Shown here: positions 17,146 to 24,000 of the stretch, piece after piece | Position numbering within the stretch: the first letter of the stretch is position 1 | Layout of the letters: each line of letters begins with the position of its first letter | DNA from: an uncultured Cohaesibacter sp. | GTDB lineage: Bacteria > Pseudomonadota > Alphaproteobacteria > Rhizobiales > Cohaesibacteraceae | Length of the DNA stretch: 24,000 nucleotides | Assembly (NCBI RefSeq): GCF_963678225.2 | Contig: NZ_CAXXID010000002.1 | Location: 3,579,142 to 3,603,141, forward strand | Direction: 5' to 3' | The notes under the pieces: generated by a model | Database searches by the model: none | Told to the model about the DNA's origin: nothing | The model's input: only the letters and a program-made list of their open reading frames with translations | Position numbers and translations under genes: made by a program

Positions 17146-17266
17146 TTACAGGTTCCTCGTCACTGAAAATGGCTCTTGGCCGCCAATCTTGGCGACCAGG
17201 GTCTACGGTGCTGGCCGCATCTCAGTTTAACTCATTCACATGATTGCAAACTCGAAAGCCTAGCTT

Positions 17267-18616
17267 ATGAAAAACGTAAAAATCGCATATATCGGAGGAG
17301 GCAGCCAGCAGTGGGCTCTGCACCTCATGGCCGACCTCGCTCTTTCCAAAACCCTCAGCGGCAGCCTCGTTCTGTATGACATCAACAATGAAGCTGCTGA
17401 AAAGAACAAAGAAGTCAGCAAGCACATCTTCTCCCGTCCGGAAGCGACCGGAAAATTCGAAGTTGAAGTCGAAGCCGATCTCGACCGCGCACTGGCTGGT
17501 GCGGATTTTGTTGTTATTTCCATTGAACCCGGTCCGACCGAAAACCGCTTCATCGACCTCAAGATCCCCGAAAAATATGGCATCTACCAGAGCGTTGGAG
17601 ACACGACGGGCCCTGGTGGCATCGCTCGCGCCATTCGTTCTATTCCAGTCATGGCCGATTTTGCCAATCACATCATGGACGTTTGCCCTGATGCATGGGT
17701 CATCAACTACACCAACCCGATGGCATGGTGCACCGCAGCCCTTGTAGCAGCTCAGCCAAACATCAAGGCTGTCGGTTGCTGCCACGAAGTGTTCCACACG
17801 CAGGAAATGCTCTGCAAGTGGGTAAGCGAGCATTACGATGTGCCGCTTCCTGCGCGTCATGACATCAAACTCGACATTGCTGGCGTGAACCACTTCACCT
17901 TCGCAACAGGCGCTCAGTGGAACGGCAAAGACATCTTCGAAGAATTCAAGTCGGCCATGAAACCTCTTGATGTTGATACCCTGAAAGCCAATGCTGCAAA
18001 CCGCACCAAGGAAGAGCTTTGGTTTGACTCGGACTTCGAGATCGCCAAGGATCTGTTCAAGCGCTTTGGCGTACTTGGCGCTGCGGGTGACCGCCATCTG
18101 GCAGAATTCATTCCATGGTATATCACGAGCGGTGAAGAGCTGAACAGCTGGGGCGTTGTGCTCACACCATACGAATGGCGCGTCAAACGTCAGGCAACGC
18201 AGGACGAAGCCCGTCAGGAATTCCTCGATTCCGACCTCAAACCTTCGGGCGAAGAGGGCGTCTTGATGATTGAAGCGCTCAGCGGGGCTGCCGATAAGCC
18301 TTGCCGTACACAGGTGAACATGCCGAACACAGGCCAGAACAACTTTGCTCCTTTGGGCAGCATCGTGGAAAGCTACGGTCTGGTCAGTGAAAACAAGATC
18401 GAAACCGTGTCCTGCGGTATTCTGCCTGCTGCTGTGCAATCCCTTGTGAGCCGTAACCTTACGGTACAGGGGCTTGTTCTGGAAGGTGTTATGGAAAATG
18501 ACAAGGACAAGATCTTCAGTGGCTTCATGATTGACCCGCTCGTCTCCAACTCTCCACGCGACTGCGAAGCCCTTTTCGAAGAGCTATGGACAGCGCTGGA
18601 ACAGCTAAAGGATTAA
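17267..18616 (+). CDS. Glycoside hydrolase family 4 enzyme (NAD+/Mn2+-dependent alpha-glycosidase; uronidase/glucosidase specificity unknown)
   Basis: 449 aa. N-terminal Rossmann MKNVKIAYIGGGSQQW, INYTNPM, and a Cys-His metal site in VGCCHEV are GH4 hallmarks. The size is typical of GH4. Confidence 0.8.
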   Translation: MKNVKIAYIGGGSQQWALHLMADLALSKTLSGSLVLYDINNEAAEKNKEVSKHIFSRPEATGKFEVEVEADLDRALAGADFVVISIEPGPTENRFIDLKIPEKYGIYQSVGDTTGPGGIARAIRSIPVMADFANHIMDVCPDAWVINYTNPMAWCTAALVAAQPNIKAVGCCHEVFHTQEMLCKWVSEHYDVPLPARHDIKLDIAGVNHFTFATGAQWNGKDIFEEFKSAMKPLDVDTLKANAANRTKEELWFDSDFEIAKDLFKRFGVLGAAGDRHLAEFIPWYITSGEELNSWGVVLTPYEWRVKRQATQDEARQEFLDSDLKPSGEEGVLMIEALSGAADKPCRTQVNMPNTGQNNFAPLGSIVESYGLVSENKIETVSCGILPAAVQSLVSRNLTVQGLVLEGVMENDKDKIFSGFMIDPLVSNSPRDCEALFEELWTALEQLKD

Positions 18617-18650
18617 GGCGCAAGGCGTCATCTGAACCTATAGAGATTGG

Positions 18651-18688
18651 CGCTGGGGCGGTATAACAGACCGCGCCAGCGTTTTTAT
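18651..18688 (+). terminator. Rho-independent terminator of the TRAP-GH4 transcription unit
   Basis: cgctggggcggt / accgcgccagcg form an 11-bp GC-rich stem with one internal mismatch and a 7-nt loop. TTTTTAT follows. The element lies 35 nt after the GH4 stop. Confidence 0.75.
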
Positions 18689-18832
18689 ATGTGCAGTCAA
18701 GTCCCGCGTAAACCGATGAGCACCTGCTTACTCTATATGTGAGTATGGAAATAAATACGGGCAAGACTGCCTTCAAAATGGCGCTAACGCCAGGTCTCAG
18801 ATCATGACACCCGAGACATCTGCACTGTCCGA

Positions 18833-19009
18833 TTAACGCATTTCAATATCAATATGCGCCCCATATCGAGCCTTGAGCTGATCTATTTCCTTGCCCGAAA
18901 AACCCAAACTGGATGCCTTGCGCAAAAACTGCGCCAGTTCATCCTGTTCTGACAATTCAGGTTTCATACGCTCACCCATAATGGTCGCATGTTTGTTTGG
19001 TGTACCCAT
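18833..19009 (-). CDS. Hypothetical small protein (58 aa)
   Basis: Start placed at ATG 19009 (MGTPNKHATIMGERMKPELSEQDELAQFLRKASSLGFSGKEIDQLKARYGAHIDIEMR) because aaagga lies 7 nt upstream. I recognise no family. A weak hairpin ggcgttagcgcc + ATTTT lies downstream on the minus strand. Confidence 0.4.
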   Translation of the reverse strand: MGTPNKHATIMGERMKPELSEQDELAQFLRKASSLGFSGKEIDQLKARYGAHIDIEMR

Positions 19010-19190
19010 AATTTGTCCTTTGCCAGACAATGAGGAATGCTTTCGCAACATGGCCTTAAGGCATTCTACGCATCAACATACGACGCACACGACTTTAAGA
19101 GGCCTTACTGCAAGATAGAAAGTCACTACGAACGCGATTGACGCCACTTCCTAAAAGGGGCGCTAAACACGAACAGAAATTCTCATGTCA

Positions 19191-19523
19191 TCAGGAAATG
19201 GGAGGAGGGGTGTCAGGTGGAATGGTCGACCCTCTGAGATCTATCTCGACGATAGAGTAGGGGACGATATGAAAGGGTTCGATATGCGTATCAAGGTCGC
19301 TTTTTATCAGGAAGAATGAAAACGCACCATCTGAAGAGCAGGTTTGATACTGCTGATCTTCCCCACACCCTATTAGCTGCGTACCATCAGATGCAGAAAT
19401 TTTAGAAGCTTCGCTGCAAGACAGCGGCTTTTTGTGATCAAACGCAAATGTCTTACCTGTCCCGGCAAAAAGCCCGAACAACAAAAGCATGATAACAAGA
19501 ATGCTTTGCAGTTGGCGTGACAT
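19191..19523 (-). CDS. Hypothetical secreted small protein (110 aa, Cys-containing, Pro-rich C-terminus)
   Basis: Well-formed signal peptide MSRQLQSILVIMLLLFGLFAGTGKTFA|FD. The mature part has 3 Cys and ends PPDTPPPIS. I recognise no family, and RBS spacing is suboptimal. Confidence 0.45.
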   Translation of the reverse strand: MSRQLQSILVIMLLLFGLFAGTGKTFAFDHKKPLSCSEASKISASDGTQLIGCGEDQQYQTCSSDGAFSFFLIKSDLDTHIEPFHIVPYSIVEIDLRGSTIPPDTPPPIS

Positions 19524-19616
19524 GTGCGTGAAGACACTTCCCTAAGCGAACCCGTTGATTGATACGGACTCATTATAGCCTAGGTAGGAACAAGATCAAA
19601 TTTCTGCAAGAGGAAA

Positions 19617-19665
19617 CAAAAAAATAAATAAAAAAAGAGAGAGATGCTGCCAAATAAATGCAGCA
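19617..19665 (-). terminator. Candidate weak terminator downstream of csp
   Basis: On the minus strand, tgctgc-N9-gcagca forms a 6-bp stem. It is followed by ctctctctttttttatttatttttt (a long T-rich tract). The stem is weak. Confidence 0.35.
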
Positions 19666-19731
19666 AAAAACCCCGATGCAGGCACCAGGGTCTCAAGATT
19701 GTTTAAGCCTTCAATGGACTGTTAGATCGCT

Positions 19732-19941
19732 TTAGCCTAGCACTTTCAGGCTATCGGCATTTTCCTTGCCGTTGCGACCTTCAACCATTTCATATTCAAC
19801 CTTCTGACCTTCGGTAAGGGTTGTTAGGCCGGAACGTTCAACCGCAGAGATGTGAACGAACGCATCTTTTCCACCTTCAGCTGGCTCAATGAAGCCATAG
19901 CCCTTGGTTGGGTTGAACCACTTAACAGTTCCGGTTGCCAT
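19732..19941 (-). CDS. cspA: Cold-shock protein, CspA family
   Basis: 69 aa: [39 protein letters not shown]... RNP1 (KGYGFI) and RNP2 (VFVHI-like, AFVHI) motifs are present. RBS aaggaaa. Confidence 0.93.
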   Translation of the reverse strand: MATGTVKWFNPTKGYGFIEPAEGGKDAFVHISAVERSGLTTLTEGQKVEYEMVEGRNGKENADSLKVLG

Positions 19942-20965
19942 TTCAAAATTTCCTTTTGACTTAAGGGTCTTGTCCCTGGGTACCTCATGTACACCATGGG
20001 GTAGTCATCTTCTTCGTGAGGCCTAGAGTATCCGCTTGCGCTCGCGGCAAACCAAACGCTTCAGAAAAACCAACACCTAAAGATTACATCACAAAAAACA
20101 AAACTCAAAGATTAGATTTGCGTCTGTTTGGAAATTTCACATTAATGTTACAAATATCATTTCTAATCTAAAATAATTTCATCTAAAAGCATGAAATTAC
20201 TTAGAAAAACGTCACATATCGTAATTTGAGAACCGATTTTAGTGAAAGTAATTTAAACGAATTTACAATTTAAATTGCAAAAACTCGTGTCACTGACGAA
20301 ATATTTGCCACAAAAATTCCCCATTTGCTCGAAAATCAATCAGGACCAAGTTAGCACACGAACCGTGTCAGAATTAAAGAAGAAATCGCGAAGAAAAAGA
20401 ATATATATTTGCGCACCCAAGTAACACATGCGATTTACTCAGATAGTCTTAAAAATCGTCACAATAGACCATCTTTTCGCGCCAAACGGCTACAAAATAG
20501 CGTGTTCTCACACATCGTGAAGATCTGTCCAATATCCGTATTCACCTTACAGACAAGGGCTCCAAACTGAGCACCATCCTGCCAACGCTTTGCCGTTTGC
20601 TGAGCGAATAAACAAACGCGTGCGGATGTGAAACTCCTTGGTCTTGATAGTCCCCAATCGGCGGCTGGCTCATTTCCCCGAAGGTTGAAATTGGTCTAAA
20701 AACGAGTCTGTTTGTTTGCTCAGATTCTAGACGACTTCTAAATGCATAATAAATAAATACCCTAATTATAATTTATGGTAAGTATTATTTCGCCAAATAA
20801 TTACGAACTGTATCGACTATTTGCATAAAATACCAAAAAAGCGCACGAAAGCATTATCTTGTCTGGGTTGATTTAGACATCACGGTCGGCTTCCATACCA
20901 TTAAGGGAAAGAACTGATTCAATAGGACTAAGCCGCTGACCAGCATTCATCATTGAGGCAATTCA
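19942..20965. other. ~1 kb AT-rich non-coding region between divergent csp and soxB (csp 5' leader, sox promoter/leader, multiple inverted repeats)
   Basis: No ORF of 60 aa or more on any frame. Spot count: 20161-20220 has 14 G+C out of 60, versus 39 out of 60 at 6241-6300. Confidence 0.8.
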
Positions 20966-22213
20966 ATGCGCTTTTCATTCGCATCTCTCGCTCGCAACGC
21001 CATGACCTACCATCAGAATTGGCCTCGGCAATGGCGAAGCCCTTCTCCAAAAAATCACTACGACGTCATTATTATTGGCGGAGGAGGGCATGGTCTTGCC
21101 ACGGCCTATTATTTGGCCAAAAACCATGGTGTCCAAAGAATAGCTGTGTTGGAAAAGGGCTGGATCGGCGGCGGCAATACCGGTCGCAACACAACCATCG
21201 TGCGTTCCAACTATCTATGGGATGATGCTGCCCATTTATATGAAAAGTCGTTGCAGCTCTATGAAGGGCTCTCAAAAGATCTCAATTACAACATCATGCT
21301 TAGCCAAAGAGGCGTTCTCAATCTGGCCCATAGCCAGCAGGATGTCCGAGATACAAAGCGTCGCTTGAATGCCAATAAGCTCAACGGTATCGATGCCGAA
21401 TGGCTCGACGCAGAAGCGGTGAGGGCCTTCTGCCCGATTATTCGCACAGACAAGAAAGCCCGTTATCCGGTTCTTGGGGCATCACTACAAAAGCGGGCAG
21501 GTACAGCGCGCCATGATGCCGTTGCCTGGGGCTATGCGCGCGCAGCCGATATGCGAGGCGTTGATATTATCCAGAATTGCGAAGTCACAGGCATCACCAG
21601 GCAAGGCGACCGCGTAACTGGCGTTGAAACCAATCGCGGTACCATCACGGCTCACAAGATAGGTATCTGCACTGCTGGGCACTCTTCAGTGCTAGCAGAA
21701 ATGGCTGGCTTCGCTGTGCCTATCACCAGTCATCCCCTGCAAGCCATGGTTTCCGAGCCAATCAAGCCCGTGCTTGATACAGTCGTCATGTCGAACGCTG
21801 TCCATGTCTATGTTAGCCAATCAGACAAAGGAGAACTTGTGCTGGGAGCAGGCATCGACGCCTACCAATCTTATGCTCAGCGGGGCTCGTTCCATGTGGT
21901 GGAGCATCAGATTTCTGCCTTGTTGGAACTTTTTCCCATCTTTTCGCGGCTGAAATTGATGCGCATGTGGGGCGGCATCGTAGACACCACTCCAGACGCC
22001 TGTCCGGTCATCTCAACCACGCCTGTCAAGAATCTTTACCTCAACGCAGGCTGGGGCACCGGAGGGTTCAAGGCCATACCCGGATCCGGTTTTGTCTTCG
22101 CACACACCATCGCAAATGAAGCGCCACACGCGTTGAACGCAGCCTTCACGCTCGATCGTTTTTCGACCGGTCACTTGATTGATGAACATGGCGCCGCTGG
22201 CGTCGCGCATTAG
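20966..22213 (+). CDS. soxB: Heterotetrameric sarcosine oxidase, beta subunit
   Basis: 415 aa. N-terminus ...[40 protein letters not shown]...[22 protein letters not shown] is near-diagnostic of SoxB. RBS gagg. Confidence 0.93.
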   Translation: MRFSFASLARNAMTYHQNWPRQWRSPSPKNHYDVIIIGGGGHGLATAYYLAKNHGVQRIAVLEKGWIGGGNTGRNTTIVRSNYLWDDAAHLYEKSLQLYEGLSKDLNYNIMLSQRGVLNLAHSQQDVRDTKRRLNANKLNGIDAEWLDAEAVRAFCPIIRTDKKARYPVLGASLQKRAGTARHDAVAWGYARAADMRGVDIIQNCEVTGITRQGDRVTGVETNRGTITAHKIGICTAGHSSVLAEMAGFAVPITSHPLQAMVSEPIKPVLDTVVMSNAVHVYVSQSDKGELVLGAGIDAYQSYAQRGSFHVVEHQISALLELFPIFSRLKLMRMWGGIVDTTPDACPVISTTPVKNLYLNAGWGTGGFKAIPGSGFVFAHTIANEAPHALNAAFTLDRFSTGHLIDEHGAAGVAH

Positions 22214-22227
22214 AGGGAACTGAGCAT

Positions 22228-22539
22228 ATGTTGAAAATCAAATGTCCCTATTGCGGTGACCGTGACGAAACTGAGTTTTCCTATGGTGGTGAGGCTCATA
22301 TTGAACGCCCTGACACCCCTGCCGAGGTTTCTGACGAAGCGTGGGGCGCCTATCTCTTTGGCCGCCCCAACAAAAAGGGGCTTATGCGCGAACGTTGGTT
22401 CCATGCACATGGCTGTCGCCGATGGTTCAATCTTTTGCGTGACACGAGCAATCACACAATCATCGGCTCCTACAAGGCTCTTGAAAAACCGTCTATTGCG
22501 GAACTTAGAAAAGAGAGCCGGAAAGGAAGCGCAAAATGA
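22228..22539 (+). CDS. soxD: Sarcosine oxidase, delta subunit
   Basis: 103 aa. MLKIKCPYCGDRDETEFSYGGEAHIERP... with later H..GCRRW (zinc-site Cys/His) is typical SoxD. Located between soxB and soxA. Confidence 0.9.
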   Translation: MLKIKCPYCGDRDETEFSYGGEAHIERPDTPAEVSDEAWGAYLFGRPNKKGLMRERWFHAHGCRRWFNLLRDTSNHTIIGSYKALEKPSIAELRKESRKGSAK

Positions 22540-24000
22540 ATGTCAATCGACTGCCTTCTGGTGGGCGGATCAATCGCGACGTTCCGATCCGGTTTCGCTT
22601 CAATGGCACCTACTATTTGGGATATGAGGGCGACACACTGGCGTCCGCATTGCTCGCCAATGATATCCATCTCGTTGCACGCTCTATGAAATATGCCCGG
22701 CCGCGCGGTATCATGGCGGCTGGCCCGGAAGAACCCAACGCGATAGTGCAAATCAATGTGTCCAATCGCAGCGAACCAAACCCCAAAGCGACGGAAACTT
22801 ATCTGCATCCGGGGCTCATCGCCGCCTCAGTCAACGCATGGCCGTCCTTACGACATGATGCAAGACGGCTGAGCAGTATCGGCGAGCGCTTGATGAGTGC
22901 CGGCTTCTATTACAAGACAATGTTCGGCTCGAGCACGCTATGGCAGAAGGTGTTTGAACCAATCATCCGCAGATCAGCAGGACTGGGAAAAGCGCCGAGC
23001 GATCCAGATCCCGATGTCTATGATCATATGCACAGACATGTTGATCTGATGGTTGTCGGTGCAGGGCCCGCAGGGTTGGCAGCCGCCAGAGACGCCGCGC
23101 TTTCCGGGGCACGGGTTATCATTGCAGACGCTTTGCCCGAGTTCGGCGGCTCACTGCTTTCCCAAAACCGAACCATCGACAAGATGAGCGGCATGGATTG
23201 GGTTTCTGGCGTCACTTCAGAGTTGGAAACCTGTGACGACACGCTTCTTTTGCCCAATACCACAGCGATTGGCTATTTCGACCAGAATTATATCATTGCC
23301 ATCGAAAGACGTCTTGATCACAAGGGAGAGGCATCCTCGCCAGCCAATGTGAGAGAACGCTTGTGGCACATACGCGCAGACAAGGTCATTCTGGCCACCG
23401 GTGCACATGAAAGACCTCTGGTCTTTTCAGACAATGACCGGCCGGGCATCATGCTCGCTGGAGCAGTACAAAGCTATGTCAATCGCTTCGCCGTACTGCC
23501 GGGCAAAAGCGCCATCCTGTTTGCCAATAATGACGCGGCCTATGAGGCGGCTCTGGATTTCAAAAAGGCTGGTGGCGATCTTGTCGCCGTCATCGATCCC
23601 AGACAGGAACCACAAGGCCCTCTGGTCGAAGAGCTGTTTGCGACTGGAACGCGCTTACTATCTGGCCATGTGGTAACAGCGACGCTCGGCACCAATCGTT
23701 TCAAGGGGGGTGACGCTGCGCCATGGGACGGCCATGCGATTACAGGTAAGGCCGAGCGGTTTGAAGCCGACATTCTGATGATGTCTGGCGGCTGGAGTCC
23801 GGTCGTGCATCTCTTTAGTCAGGCGTCAGGCAAGCTGCGCTATGATAGCGAGACATGCGCCTTTGTTCCAGATATCTACGGCCAGAAGGAATGCTCTGTC
23901 ATTGGAGCGGCCAATGGCGATTTCAGCTTGATTGAAGCTCTGCGTGCAGGCGGTCGCGAGAGCATGAAGGTCGCACTGGCCTACGGCAAGCCCACAAGAA
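22536..24000 (+). CDS. soxA: Sarcosine oxidase, alpha subunit (5' part; continues past the right window edge)
   Basis: Absent from the ORF track because it is open-ended. ATG 22536 overlaps the soxD stop (ATGA). Reads MNVNRLPSGGRINRDVPIRFRFNGTYYLGYEGDTLASALLANDIHLVARSMKYARPRGIM... and in frame HVDLMVVGAGPAGLAAARDAALSGARVIIAD (dinucleotide fold). Confidence 0.9.
   Translation, partial: MNVNRLPSGGRINRDVPIRFRFNGTYYLGYEGDTLASALLANDIHLVARSMKYARPRGIMAAGPEEPNAIVQINVSNRSEPNPKATETYLHPGLIAASVNAWPSLRHDARRLSSIGERLMSAGFYYKTMFGSSTLWQKVFEPIIRRSAGLGKAPSDPDPDVYDHMHRHVDLMVVGAGPAGLAAARDAALSGARVIIADALPEFGGSLLSQNRTIDKMSGMDWVSGVTSELETCDDTLLLPNTTAIGYFDQNYIIAIERRLDHKGEASSPANVRERLWHIRADKVILATGAHERPLVFSDNDRPGIMLAGAVQSYVNRFAVLPGKSAILFANNDAAYEAALDFKKAGGDLVAVIDPRQEPQGPLVEELFATGTRLLSGHVVTATLGTNRFKGGDAAPWDGHAITGKAERFEADILMMSGGWSPVVHLFSQASGKLRYDSETCAFVPDIYGQKECSVIGAANGDFSLIEALRAGGRESMKVALAYGKPTR

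Noticed and set aside
17222-18439. 405-aa ORF on the minus strand
   Set aside because: It is entirely antisense to the well-supported GH4 gene. It has no recognisable motifs, an odd composition and no RBS. It is a typical shadow ORF of a moderately GC-rich coding region.
18525-18776. 83-aa minus-strand ORF spanning the GH4 3' end and the terminator
   Set aside because: It overlaps the GH4 coding end and runs through the intrinsic terminator hairpin. It has no RBS or motif.
20560-20965. Possible glycine or THF-type riboswitch in the sox leader
   Set aside because: The only resemblance is a CCCCGAAGG string. The conserved glycine-aptamer elements (GGAGAG ... CACCGAAGGGGCAA ... CUCUGGAGA arrangement) are not present, and I could not match any other consensus I know. 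It is kept only as a generic structured-RNA candidate (see the finding at 20600-20723).
20953-21225. 90-aa plus-strand ORF overlapping the soxB 5' end
   Set aside because: It is an alternative frame of the strongly supported soxB gene.
1-24000. Mobile elements, CRISPR arrays, tRNA/rRNA genes, defence systems
   Set aside because: I saw no transposase, integrase or recombinase-like ORF, no regularly spaced direct repeats, no tRNA-like cloverleaf candidates, and no ORFs with nuclease, ATPase or methylase defence-type motifs. All large ORFs are accounted for by metabolic, transport or membrane-lipid functions.

Overview
This 24-kb segment looks chromosomal and probably alphaproteobacterial. That taxon call is an inference from gene families (heterotetrameric soxBDA, LpiA/MprF-like gene, TRAP system, CspA) and was not verified by any search.

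The window falls into six blocks:
1. 1-10125: a divergent LysR regulator (partial, open at the left edge) faces a tightly packed plus-strand cluster. Its order is family-5 (Dpp/Opp/opine-type) ABC binding protein, two tandem IUNH-type nucleoside hydrolases, two permeases, two ATPases, ribokinase, and a DHDPS/NAL-family lyase.
2. 10188-12800 (-): an 870-aa MprF/LpiA-like aminoacyl-phosphatidylglycerol synthase/flippase.
3. 13076-18616: a LysR regulator divergent from dctPQM-type TRAP transporter genes, followed by a GH4 NAD/Mn-dependent glycosidase and a clear intrinsic terminator.
4. 18690-19941: a lower-GC stretch with two small orphan ORFs and a cspA-family cold-shock gene.
5. 19942-20965: about 1 kb of very AT-rich non-coding DNA with several inverted repeats and one candidate long-range RNA helix.
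6. 20966-24000: soxB-soxD-soxA (soxA is open at the right edge).

I found no rRNA, tRNA, CRISPR array, transposase or integrase.

The best candidate for an undescribed system is block 1. It looks like a riboside (N-ribosyl compound) uptake and catabolism operon built on a peptide/opine-type ABC importer. Its second hydrolase paralog has lost key N-terminal catalytic motifs. The second candidate is the TRAP + GH4 module, a possible route for a carboxylated glycoside. All functional calls rest on motif recognition by eye in the supplied translations. No database search was possible.
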